IMG/VR virus record: IMGVR_UViG_3300030098_006079
Strand: one strand, 5' to 3'
DNA length: 64,000 nucleotides
Source: a virus
Lineage: Duplodnaviria; Caudoviricetes
A program made the position numbers and the translations under genes. The notes beneath the pieces are model-generated. The model had not been told where the DNA came from. It saw only the letters and a program-made list of their open reading frames with translations, and searched no databases. Positions 39,276 through 48,868 of the stretch are shown piece by piece. Each line of letters opens with the position of its first letter. The stretch's first letter is position 1.

Positions 39276-39698
39276 TTAAGCTACCTTAACATCAATTACT
39301 TTAGCTTCTTTACGAGCTTTCCGAGGAATAGTGATACTAAGTACCCCTTCTGAGATAGTAGCATCAAGCTCTGCACAATTCATCTCGTTACTTGGATGAA
39401 ATGAGCGAGTATATGTTTCTTCCTTACTACCAGTCTTAGTAGTAATTGAGCGCTTTGCCTCAACATATACATTATTAGATTCCTCAGAGTAAGTAACTTT
39501 GAGGTTTTCCTTCTTCACACCTGGAAGATCAATTTCAATGCGAGCACCATCTTCACTTTCATTAAAACGAATATTATCGTTTGAGAATGAAGCTGGAGTA
39601 GCAAAATTGTCTCCAAATGCAGTGTTGAATAAGTCAACGACTGGGCTGACTGACCCCGCCCGAGGGTTTGTTGTTAAGTAATTAAATAAGTTAGACAT
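39276..39698 (-). CDS. hsp20: Small heat-shock protein (Hsp20/alpha-crystallin)
   Basis: IDLPGVKKENLKV, YTRSF and ATISEGVLSITIPR; upstream TATAAATA box. Confidence 0.9.
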   Translation of the reverse strand: MSNLFNYLTTNPRAGSVSPVVDLFNTAFGDNFATPASFSNDNIRFNESEDGARIEIDLPGVKKENLKVTYSEESNNVYVEAKRSITTKTGSKEETYTRSFHPSNEMNCAELDATISEGVLSITIPRKARKEAKVIDVKVA

Positions 39699-39739
39699 AA
39701 CGTAAGTATTTATACGCTATACCAGAGAAAGTGCAAGAA

Positions 39740-39979
39740 TTATCTTATTTGGCGCTCGATCTTCTTTCCGGAGCGAATATTTTGTATAATCATTTTTTTC
39801 GCAACACCTATACGAACAGTAAAGTTAACGGTATCACCAGACATAACAGGAGAGCCTTCAATCTTACCAGGGTATCTATAGTTTTTAACTATATTACCTT
39901 TCAATGTCTCTCTAATTTGTAATTTAACAGAATTACCTTGTTGAGTTGCAATAGCGTAGTATGTCTCGTTTTTGTTCAT
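39740..39979 (-). CDS. Small basic hypothetical protein
   Basis: Has its own TAAATA box 6 nt before the ATG. Confidence 0.55.
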   Translation of the reverse strand: MNKNETYYAIATQQGNSVKLQIRETLKGNIVKNYRYPGKIEGSPVMSGDTVNFTVRIGVAKKMIIQNIRSGKKIERQIR

Positions 39980-40033
39980 TTTAATTATTTAATAATACTG
40001 GTATTAATGTGGTTAATATATTAAATATTTTAT

Positions 40034-41047
40034 ATGGCAACGGTTAAGAAGGCTAGATTATTTCTACGTAGAGGAACTGATACAGATAGAAAAACCTCAG
40101 TTCTGTGTTCTGGTGAGCTCGGTTACTCAACTGATGCATTTAGAGTTTTTATAGGTGATGGTGCTACATTAGGTGGTAACCCAGTTGGTATTACATCTTT
40201 TATGAGCGCGGGTTCTGCGTTTCATACAGATCTTGTTGAAGCATCAGCAGCCGGCTACGCATTCAAAGGTGATTTTGCTTTATTCCCATCTAAAACATAT
40301 CTTAATTTAAATAATACTCAAATTACTCCCCCGACAGGTTTTGCTGTTGCCATGGTATTAACAGGTGAAGATGGAGCTAGTAATGCTCAATCATGGGTTG
40401 CTTTAAACTCAGGCATTCCGTTTGGTAATATTGTTGTAGGTGACGATGAAATCTCAGCTGATAAAATTCACGGTGGTACGTTTTCTGGTGATGTAAATTT
40501 TGAAATGTCATCTGCGACAACTAAGCTTAGTAGTTTATCAGTTTCCCACTTAACAGCTTTTAATGCGACAATTTCTGGTGCTGGTGGTAGCGGTCATAGA
40601 TATGTTTTATCTGACCCAGACGGTAAGCTATGCAACTCAGCTGAGACATATGATATCGGTAATACGGGTATTCAATGGCTTACTCTTTATCACGAAATAA
40701 CAGCGCGAGACCCATCAGCATCTACTGTACCTGGACATAATCAAGATCATGAATATACCTTGCCGGCAGCCGTGCCGTCATCTGCTACATCTGTATTATT
40801 AGCTGGTACTTGGCGAAGAAACGATCGCATGAACCCGCCTGCTATCTTATATGCTGGTGATGTACATGCTCATTTCATTCTCGCCCAAGCATGGGTTGCT
40901 AATGATGAATTAGCGGCAGGAGCGTTCCAATCATGGATACCGATTGGTGCTAATAAAAAAATTAAAATTAAATTTAATGATAAGTGGGCTGGATTAACAG
41001 GCAATTCTACTAGCCAATGGGGTCTAAGTGCTATAGCTTGGATGTAA
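40034..41047 (+). CDS. Tail fibre/appendage protein with an MTD-N-like N-terminus
   Basis: LRRGT...GELGYSTD...FIGDG N-terminal module; late box upstream. Confidence 0.7.
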   Translation: MATVKKARLFLRRGTDTDRKTSVLCSGELGYSTDAFRVFIGDGATLGGNPVGITSFMSAGSAFHTDLVEASAAGYAFKGDFALFPSKTYLNLNNTQITPPTGFAVAMVLTGEDGASNAQSWVALNSGIPFGNIVVGDDEISADKIHGGTFSGDVNFEMSSATTKLSSLSVSHLTAFNATISGAGGSGHRYVLSDPDGKLCNSAETYDIGNTGIQWLTLYHEITARDPSASTVPGHNQDHEYTLPAAVPSSATSVLLAGTWRRNDRMNPPAILYAGDVHAHFILAQAWVANDELAAGAFQSWIPIGANKKIKIKFNDKWAGLTGNSTSQWGLSAIAWM

Positions 41048-41536
41048 TTAGTTTTCCCAAGGAAATACTATCCATTCATCATTATCAAACTCTTTCACTG
41101 TATGGTGAGGCATGAATGTAGATTTAGGTTTGTAATATAATGTAGAATAAACCCATTGATTTTGCTCTGGTCTTTCCCATGTGACTATATTATCTATTTG
41201 TTTAACTTTACGAAGAGTCATTCCAGTATCAGCTAAATCATCTACTATAAGTATTTTCTCTTCATCTCTCAATGTACCGAAGTCTGGAAATGTAACTAGC
41301 TTTACTACATCAGTTTCTGAATGTTCTCCATCTCGAGGTTTATCATCTACATAAGACTTTAAATTTGCGGAAAGCAGTTTATCTACTTTAAGATACTTAG
41401 CTAATAAGGTCGCAGGAATCATACCTCCATTAGCAATTCCAATAATACAGGTAATTTTTTCTTTTGATAAATTATCTGCTAAGGTTTTGCAGTCTTGTTT
41501 TATATCATCCCAGGTCAAATAAGTTTTATTAGGCAT
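41048..41536 (-). CDS. Purine phosphoribosyltransferase (Gpt-like)
   Basis: LTWDDI, IANGGMIPA, PRPP motif LIVDDLADTG and WIVFPWE. Confidence 0.88.
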   Translation of the reverse strand: MPNKTYLTWDDIKQDCKTLADNLSKEKITCIIGIANGGMIPATLLAKYLKVDKLLSANLKSYVDDKPRDGEHSETDVVKLVTFPDFGTLRDEEKILIVDDLADTGMTLRKVKQIDNIVTWERPEQNQWVYSTLYYKPKSTFMPHHTVKEFDNDEWIVFPWEN

Positions 41537-41698
41537 TTACAATGTAACTTCTTTTCCTATATATTTTACCAATTGTTTCAAATTTTCAAGGGCCTTTTCT
41601 TTTTCCGATACGTTCATTTTTTTAGCTTCTTTATACAGTCTAAGAATTAAGTCTGGAGTGACAATATGTTTCTCTTTTATAGCGGAGCTATTTTTCAT
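41537..41698 (-). CDS. Small hypothetical protein, absent from the ORF track
   Basis: 53-aa ORF MKNSSAIKEKH...GKEVTL; its stop abuts the PRTase ATG and a TAAATA box lies 5 nt upstream. Confidence 0.5.
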   Translation of the reverse strand: MKNSSAIKEKHIVTPDLILRLYKEAKKMNVSEKEKALENLKQLVKYIGKEVTL

Positions 41699-41767
41699 AT
41701 AAATATTTACACAACTCTTTCTAACATCAATCTGTAAAAACAGTTGTTTTTTGTTAAATAATTAATA

Positions 41768-44700
41768 ATGTCAATGTCAGTCTATAGTGAAGTCGTCGCG
41801 GAATCTGCTTTTGGATATCATAGAGATCGTGTTTTAGATACTCTACAAAATCCAGATTTAGATTTACCTTATAATTTAGATACTATAAAGATTAGTCATA
41901 ACGACTTTGCTGTTTCTGATGTATATAACGACAGTATAAAAAAATTATATAGTAACTATTTGTTTTTAATTGCTAATGCAGAAATTACTACTAATATTTC
42001 TCCTTTAACATCGAATATTGGTTATGTAAAATATGATGCAAATAATGCTGCCACTAAAGTTGCTATTACTACAGCGCCTCAAGACGGTACTGGAACAAGT
42101 AATTTGTCTGGTACCGTAGAAACGTTTGTAACAAACAAAATTGACAGTAGTAATAAATTAGTATTCTTTAATTATAGTATCTCAGACAATAATGTGTTTG
42201 AAGCTAACTATGACTTAACAAATCTTTCTACCTCAATTAATGATAGGTTTGTAGAGTTTAATAAAACATTTACGTTTAATAATGTTGTGAGTGTTGATTC
42301 TATCGGCTCAACATTATTTGTTTTAGATAAAGGATTAAACACTGTATTTAAATTCGATGTAACTGGTTTATTAGCTGATGATCCAGCTCTAAAAAGAACG
42401 AGTTATACTGATACAGAACATCCTGGTAGGTTTTTGTTAAAGACAATTGGTGGTCAAGGTACATCTCAAACTAAAAATAAATTATCCAACCCGAGTAGTT
42501 TATCAGTTTATAAAGATAGAATTTATATATTAGATAATGGTAATAATAGTGTTAAAGTTTTTGATTTAGATTTTAATTTTTTACATGAATTATCCAGCCC
42601 TGAATTGTTTAATAATCCTAATTTTGGTGAACCTGTCTCAATTGTAGTAAGTAAGAAGTTTAATACTTTAGATATACCATGGGGTTACATTTTAACAAGT
42701 AGAGGAAATATTTTAGAGTATGATGTAAGAGAGAATAGGTATGGTGTTGTTCATTCACCATATGATATATATGATACAAGATTACAAACTCTATCCTCTT
42801 ATAATGAAACAAGTAGTTGGAAGAAAATTATTAATTCTAAGTCTGACGATAATATACTTTATATAGCTAATGACAAAGAAATATATAAATTTTATAAAAC
42901 TAATTTTAACTTACCAGTTAGTGTACTAAATTTACGTAAAGCAAATATTAGTATGAATAACGATAGTTCTGGTCAGCGTATTTTGTCTTTTGATAATACT
43001 TTATATGATGGCGCTGATTATTTAGCTATAACAACAGTTTTAAATAAAGATAATAGTAAGACTCAAACATATGTAGTAATGGATAAAAACATTCCTACAA
43101 AACTATATAATGAAAGTTTTTATACTAATTACTTCTCTTTATCAGATATATTAATTTTACCGCAAGAGATTGTTAACAATATTACATTTAACAAAACTAC
43201 AAAAAAACTTTTATATAATCATTATTCTTTATTTGAAAATATTAATAAAAAAGTTTATAGTTATTATCAAGATGTAAGTGGTTATGCTATTGTTCCTACA
43301 TTATGTACTGTAACAGGAAAAGACTTTACAAAGCCAACTAGTTTTGATGATACACCGAATTTGTATATTGGTATTAATGAACCTATTTTAACTGATGTAA
43401 TAAATAGACCATTAGAAATTTTGTATGATCAACAAAAAGATATATTTAATACATTAAAAGAAGAGAGTCTTAATAATAACCCTCCGTCAAACATACCGTC
43501 TCAGTTACCTGGTAGATATGAAAACGCTTTGAATGTTCTTACTTTAACAGCAACCCAGGCTTCAGTTGCAGCTGGTGAGAGTGTACAGATTGGAGTTGTA
43601 AGAACCAACGCATTGAGCTTATCAAGTAATTGTTCGTTTAAATTTTGGACTACGCTAGGTACCGCTGCGAAAAAAGATTTAGAGTATATAGACGAGGAAA
43701 ATCCAAGTATACTTGAATTTGAGCGCGGTGAAACTGAAATTACATTCCCGCTAGGTACTTTTAAAGAATTTAATAGTACTGAAAAAACATTCTCAGTATA
43801 CATTGAACAAGATGTAAATTGTGTTATTGATTATAATTATCAAAAACTTGATGTTACGATTACACCAATTGAAGATATGTACTCCGTTAGTGTGTCAACT
43901 TCGTTTGTTAATATGAAGGAAGGACAAAATAATCGCGTAGGTTTCGTCCGTCATAATGTAAATGGAGACTATAAAGAGCGGACTGGTATATTAGTTGAAA
44001 TTGATACTGATTTAAGTGATTCTGTATATATACCAAATATTGCTTCTGTTGATACGCACACAATTATCACTGGTTCAACATCTCAACAAGACATGCCTGG
44101 TGTTCCAGGTGGTACAGATCTGTTTATGGCATCTGCAGCTGAAATAAAAGACACAGGAACAATTTGGTTTAATGAGGGAGTAAGTTCAGTAGTGTTTGAT
44201 ATTAGTGCTGTGAATGATTTATCTCAAAATACAGGTAGTAAAAAGTTAGATATAGTTATAAAAAATCCAACTGTTGGATCTAATATATCTCCTCTTGAAA
44301 AAAGAGATTATATTGACCCGAGTAGAACATCTGTATTTATTGGTGATGCGGAACCGAAACCTATATTTTTAAATTTAACAAGTATAGCGCCATTATATTC
44401 AGCTCATGACGCACCGTTTGTAGTACCTGACGTAAACAGCGGAACTATTACAAACATGGTGAGTAATGTTAATATATGGGAAGCTTTAGTTATGAGCACG
44501 GCTGAGAGTAACACAAATGCATTTTCTGCTGTTTCAGCTTCTCATCCAATTAGTGCTTGTTTTACAGTTAATGCTCCTTTATCTGTTATATCAGTATCAG
44601 CTTTATCTGGCGCGTTAGATTTTGCACCACCAAGCAATGCAGAAGGACAGTTTGTATATACTAATAATAGAATAGATATTATTATTGAAGAGGGTGCTGC

Positions 44701-45490
44701 TGTTGTAGGTAAAGGTGGTCGAGGAGGTCATGGTTGGTTATGGGAGTCAGGAAGCGATTTTGCTTTTAACGGTACTGATGATATTTCAATATATAATCAG
44801 CGTATCGGTGAAGATGGTGGTCCTGCTATTGGTAATTTTGATACTTATTTTGATAACTTTACTATTACAAATGCTGGTTCTGTTATAGGTGGAGCTGGTG
44901 GAGGTGCTCCTGGTCATGTTGGTTTAAGTGCTTCTGTTATGCATCACGTTTCTGCTTTATCAGCTGGTAGTGGTGGTGGAGGTGGAGCGGGTATACATGT
45001 AAGTAATGCTGGTTTAGGTGGTTTGGCTGCGGTTGGAGAATCTACACAAAATTCTTTATATACGTTTAGTTTTCGTAGAGATGGTTTCCCTGGCGGTGTT
45101 AACGTTGGTGGTGAGGGTGGTGGTCATCATGACGCAGGAGGTACAAATCATACATACCCATTTGTACCTATACGAGTACTACCTGGTAGTAATTCAACTA
45201 CAGATATTGGAGACGGTACAGGTACACCAGCTAACTTACATATTAATGTAACTAAATATCCTGTCTTGTGTGGTAAAAACGGTGGTAATATTGGAGAAGC
45301 GGGTGGTACAGATACCAGCGCAGTTGAACCAGATCAAACACCCGCTACAGGTACGAGCTTTAGTACAGTGTCAGATGAGTTTGCAGAAAGAACTGGTGGT
45401 CTTGCTGGTAAACTTATGGATACTTCAAAACAGGTCACATATAGAGGGTCGGGACATAAAAAGGGTGACGAAACTAATATAGTAGAATAA
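41768..45490 (+). CDS. Large multidomain virion/adhesin protein (NHL propeller, Calx-beta-like repeats, gp38-like Gly-rich C-terminus)
   Basis: LSNPSSLSVYKDRIYILDNGN (NHL), LEFERGETEITF and IWFNEGVSSVVF (Calx-beta-like), VVGKGGRGG...ITNAGSVIGGAGGG. Confidence 0.65.
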   Translation: MSMSVYSEVVAESAFGYHRDRVLDTLQNPDLDLPYNLDTIKISHNDFAVSDVYNDSIKKLYSNYLFLIANAEITTNISPLTSNIGYVKYDANNAATKVAITTAPQDGTGTSNLSGTVETFVTNKIDSSNKLVFFNYSISDNNVFEANYDLTNLSTSINDRFVEFNKTFTFNNVVSVDSIGSTLFVLDKGLNTVFKFDVTGLLADDPALKRTSYTDTEHPGRFLLKTIGGQGTSQTKNKLSNPSSLSVYKDRIYILDNGNNSVKVFDLDFNFLHELSSPELFNNPNFGEPVSIVVSKKFNTLDIPWGYILTSRGNILEYDVRENRYGVVHSPYDIYDTRLQTLSSYNETSSWKKIINSKSDDNILYIANDKEIYKFYKTNFNLPVSVLNLRKANISMNNDSSGQRILSFDNTLYDGADYLAITTVLNKDNSKTQTYVVMDKNIPTKLYNESFYTNYFSLSDILILPQEIVNNITFNKTTKKLLYNHYSLFENINKKVYSYYQDVSGYAIVPTLCTVTGKDFTKPTSFDDTPNLYIGINEPILTDVINRPLEILYDQQKDIFNTLKEESLNNNPPSNIPSQLPGRYENALNVLTLTATQASVAAGESVQIGVVRTNALSLSSNCSFKFWTTLGTAAKKDLEYIDEENPSILEFERGETEITFPLGTFKEFNSTEKTFSVYIEQDVNCVIDYNYQKLDVTITPIEDMYSVSVSTSFVNMKEGQNNRVGFVRHNVNGDYKERTGILVEIDTDLSDSVYIPNIASVDTHTIITGSTSQQDMPGVPGGTDLFMASAAEIKDTGTIWFNEGVSSVVFDISAVNDLSQNTGSKKLDIVIKNPTVGSNISPLEKRDYIDPSRTSVFIGDAEPKPIFLNLTSIAPLYSAHDAPFVVPDVNSGTITNMVSNVNIWEALVMSTAESNTNAFSAVSASHPISACFTVNAPLSVISVSALSGALDFAPPSNAEGQFVYTNNRIDIIIEEGAAVVGKGGRGGHGWLWESGSDFAFNGTDDISIYNQRIGEDGGPAIGNFDTYFDNFTITNAGSVIGGAGGGAPGHVGLSASVMHHVSALSAGSGGGGGAGIHVSNAGLGGLAAVGESTQNSLYTFSFRRDGFPGGVNVGGEGGGHHDAGGTNHTYPFVPIRVLPGSNSTTDIGDGTGTPANLHINVTKYPVLCGKNGGNIGEAGGTDTSAVEPDQTPATGTSFSTVSDEFAERTGGLAGKLMDTSKQVTYRGSGHKKGDETNIVE

Positions 45491-45529
45491 CTACTTGATC
45501 TCTAAAGTTTTACTATATAAGTATAGTTA

Positions 45530-47911
45530 ATGAAGTTCAGTAAACAAGCACAATCTGCTTTAGCAATTTCTAAAAGTTACGCAGAAGAATACAAATGTAG
45601 GTATGCAGGTACTGAACATTTACTCTTAGGTTTAATAGAGTGTGACGATGAATTCTTAAAAGAAACTTTCGAACGCTTAGAGGTTGATTTTATAGATTTA
45701 AAAGATGTTGTTGTTAGTATTTGTCAATTAGAAGAAAACAATAAACTTTTTAAATTAGATGCTGGTCCAAATTTTACCCCTCGTGTATTACGTATTATAG
45801 ATTTTGCAAAAGGTTTAGCTGAGAAGCTTTCAAAAAACAATGTAGATGTAATACATTTATTTTTATCTTTACTTTATGAAAATGATGGTGTTGCGACTTC
45901 TATTTTATCAGAATATGGATTAAATTTTAATAATGTTAAAACAGTTATACAAAAAGAAATAGGTAATTTTGATAATGAAACTAAAATTCAATCTTTATCT
46001 ATACCTGAAAGTCTCGAACCTTTTTTTAACGACCTTACATATCTAGCTGCAAAAAATGAACTACAACATACTTTTTCTCGTGACGCAGAATTTGATAAAA
46101 TATATTTAGTGCTTGGTAAGAAGCATAATACAAATATTATTATTAGTGGTGAGCCTGGTGTTGGAAAAAGGTCTGTAGTTTATGAACTCGCAAAACGTAT
46201 TACAAAAAAACTCACCCCACCTCATTTACAGAACAAAAAAATTCTTGAATTAAAATTAAAAACTCTTATTAGCGGAACAAAATTTAGAGGAGATTTTGAA
46301 TCAAGAATTGATACTCTTCATGAATATCTAAAAAAGAATAATGATATTATTTTATTTATTAATGATATAGCTCTTATTACTAGACTTGAAGGTACAACAA
46401 ATATAGAAGAATATTTTAGTGAACTGTTTAATAGAGATGATATTAATTTTATTGGTACGTGTACAGCAGATGACTATAAAAAATATATTGATGATATTAC
46501 TACTATAAGTTCTAACTTTGAAAATATTATAGTTAAACAAACAAGCAATAAAGAGACGAAAGAGATTTTAAACACTATGATACCTACATATGAGAAATAT
46601 CATAATGTTAAATTTGAGCGCGATATTATAGATAATGTTATAGATTTATCTAGCCGATATATTGTAGATAAAAGTCAACCTTCCTGTGCATTAGATCTAC
46701 TAGATGAGTGTGGCTCATATATTAAAAACCAAATAGGTAGTACATCAGAACAATTGGTACAGTTACAACAAAAAATAGATAAATTAAATGAACAAAAGCT
46801 TGAAGCAGTAAAATCTTATGATTTCGAAACTGGTCTTAAATTATTAAGAAGAGAGACTACATTATCTAATAAGTTAAAAAAGGAACTCACTGACCGTAAG
46901 CAAGTTGAATTTGATAAAATTATAACTCGCTCGATAGTTAATAGAATTGTGAGTACTAAAACTGGTATACCACTATCAGATATATCAGGAAGTAGCTTAC
47001 CTGACTTAAATAAAGTCCAGAAAAAATTAACCGACAAATATGTATCTCAGAAAAAAGCTATCGATTCTATACTGTATCATTTTAAGAGAGTTAAAACTGG
47101 ATTACAAGACCCAAATAGGCCACTTGGATCATTTCTATTTATAGGGCCTACTGGTGTAGGTAAAACATATTTATGTGAGCTTATTTCTGAATACTTTTTT
47201 TATAATAAACAAAACTTTTTAAAAATAGATATGTCAGAATATATGGAACCTCATTCAGTTAGTAAATTGATTGGGTCTCCTCCAGGTTATGTTGGTTATG
47301 GTGATAGGTCTGTTTTATGCGATTTTATTAAAAACACTCCATACAGTTTAATATTACTTGATGAAATTGAAAAGGCTCATCCAGATGTTGTTAATATATT
47401 TCTACAAGTTTTAGATAAAGGTGAATTAACTGATAGTGTAGGTAGAAAAATAAATTTAAAAAATTGTATTATAGTATTTACTAGTAATATTGGTGCTGAT
47501 TTATTTGATAAAAACGCAATTGGTTTTGGTAGTTCGGCTATTAGTTCTATGGATTTAGAAAACTCGTTACAGAAATTTTTTAAACCTGAGTTTTTAAATA
47601 GATTATCTGAAATTATTAGATTTGAGCATTTAGATCAAGATGACATATATAATTTAGTTGATATCGAAACAAAAAAATTCGTTGCAAAATTACAGCAAAG
47701 TAACAATATTTTGTTTGTGTTAGATGATGATGCGCGTGAGTACATAGCTGAACAAGGATATAGCCGCAAATATGGAGCTCGATTCCTTAAGAGGTTTTTC
47801 GAGAAACATATTGAAACAGAAATAGCGACTCATATTATCCGAAGTAAAACTAAGCTCAAAAAAATCACTTGCAATTACTCCTCTAATAAGTTAATATTTA
47901 CCACATGCTGA
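45530..47911 (+). CDS. clpC: ClpC-like Hsp100 AAA+ ATPase
   Basis: Clp-N repeats (GTEHLLLGL, HLFLSLL), UVR-type M-domain, intact D2 (GPTGVGKT, LLDEIEKAH, GYVGY), IGF loop and YGAR. D1 is degenerate. Confidence 0.88.
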   Translation: MKFSKQAQSALAISKSYAEEYKCRYAGTEHLLLGLIECDDEFLKETFERLEVDFIDLKDVVVSICQLEENNKLFKLDAGPNFTPRVLRIIDFAKGLAEKLSKNNVDVIHLFLSLLYENDGVATSILSEYGLNFNNVKTVIQKEIGNFDNETKIQSLSIPESLEPFFNDLTYLAAKNELQHTFSRDAEFDKIYLVLGKKHNTNIIISGEPGVGKRSVVYELAKRITKKLTPPHLQNKKILELKLKTLISGTKFRGDFESRIDTLHEYLKKNNDIILFINDIALITRLEGTTNIEEYFSELFNRDDINFIGTCTADDYKKYIDDITTISSNFENIIVKQTSNKETKEILNTMIPTYEKYHNVKFERDIIDNVIDLSSRYIVDKSQPSCALDLLDECGSYIKNQIGSTSEQLVQLQQKIDKLNEQKLEAVKSYDFETGLKLLRRETTLSNKLKKELTDRKQVEFDKIITRSIVNRIVSTKTGIPLSDISGSSLPDLNKVQKKLTDKYVSQKKAIDSILYHFKRVKTGLQDPNRPLGSFLFIGPTGVGKTYLCELISEYFFYNKQNFLKIDMSEYMEPHSVSKLIGSPPGYVGYGDRSVLCDFIKNTPYSLILLDEIEKAHPDVVNIFLQVLDKGELTDSVGRKINLKNCIIVFTSNIGADLFDKNAIGFGSSAISSMDLENSLQKFFKPEFLNRLSEIIRFEHLDQDDIYNLVDIETKKFVAKLQQSNNILFVLDDDAREYIAEQGYSRKYGARFLKRFFEKHIETEIATHIIRSKTKLKKITCNYSSNKLIFTTC

Positions 47912-48129
47912 TGCATTCATATAAATTATTAGTTAAGGATATTTATACGAACGAGAAGAGAGAGATTGAATATTCTTCTCCAAATAAAGACCCACGCCTT
48001 GTACATAAAGAAGGTCTTAAAAAAATTCGTTATGAAGAAGATATCGAAAAAGTATATACAAACGCTAACGCAAAAGAAACTACTTTTAATCGCTTAGTAT
48101 ATGATAAACGGAAAGGATTTTTAGACTAA
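47905..48129 (+). CDS. Hypothetical protein
   Basis: Coupled ORF; no motif recognised. Confidence 0.5.
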   Translation: MLMHSYKLLVKDIYTNEKREIEYSSPNKDPRLVHKEGLKKIRYEEDIEKVYTNANAKETTFNRLVYDKRKGFLD

Positions 48130-48335
48130 TGAGTAATACAAACACAGAAATTCTTGAAGCATTAGTTGCTATTTACGTAGCAGAAGAAAAAACTGCAGGA
48201 GCAAATTTAAATAATTATTTAAACAACGCAGCAGGTATTGGAGAACATCCAGACATTGTTGCAGAAGCTAAAAAATTAGTAGAAAAAATAGGTGCTGCGC
48301 GAGCTAATCGAGAGCTTGTTAAATCTATGCTATAA
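48129..48335 (+). CDS. Small conserved T4-like marine phage protein
   Basis: YLNNAAGIGEHPDI resembles a motif I recall from cyanophage small proteins. Confidence 0.55.
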   Translation: MSNTNTEILEALVAIYVAEEKTAGANLNNYLNNAAGIGEHPDIVAEAKKLVEKIGAARANRELVKSML

Positions 48336-48363
48336 GATTCCCCCTTGCAATGTTAGTAGACCT

Positions 48364-48386
48364 AAGCGCCTTCGGGCGCTTTTTTT
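48364..48386 (+). terminator. Intrinsic terminator with a cUUCGg tetraloop
   Basis: AAGCGCC-TTCG-GGCGCTT followed by a T tract. Confidence 0.88.
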
Positions 48387-48398
48387 ATAAATAATTAT

Positions 48399-48827
48399 AT
48401 GATACCTGCAGAAATTATGACGATGTTCGGGGGATCTATCGTAGGGTTCTTTTTTAAGATAGTTGCCAAGCGAGCTGAAAACGAACAAAAGCGTTTTGAA
48501 ATGCTCATGAAAGAAAAGGAAGCTGCTGATGCCTCTGCAGATAAAGCTGTACAGCGTGTTAGTGTAGATGCGGGCAAGTGGGTTCGACGTATAATTGTTA
48601 TTAGTGTTTTGTTTGGAGTTATTCTAGCTCCATTCGTAATAACATTCTTCAATCATCCTATAGTAGTAGAAGAAATGATAACTAAAAAGGTACTATGGGG
48701 ATTGTTAGGGACTAAGACCGAACCTGTGTTTGTCGAGATTGAGGGATACTTGTTAGTACCTGAGATTCGACAAGCTTTGACTGCTATTATTGGTTTCTAT
48801 TTTGGGCAAGCAACCGTAAAACGTTAA
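48399..48827 (+). CDS. Late membrane protein (2-3 hydrophobic segments), possible lysis component
   Basis: Hydrophobic stretches and a C-terminal AIIGFYFG; TATAAATA at 48386-48393. Confidence 0.5.
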   Translation: MIPAEIMTMFGGSIVGFFFKIVAKRAENEQKRFEMLMKEKEAADASADKAVQRVSVDAGKWVRRIIVISVLFGVILAPFVITFFNHPIVVEEMITKKVLWGLLGTKTEPVFVEIEGYLLVPEIRQALTAIIGFYFGQATVKR

Positions 48828-48868
48828 ACTTGATATTCGTAAATAATTAATTAAAATAATTATTACGA

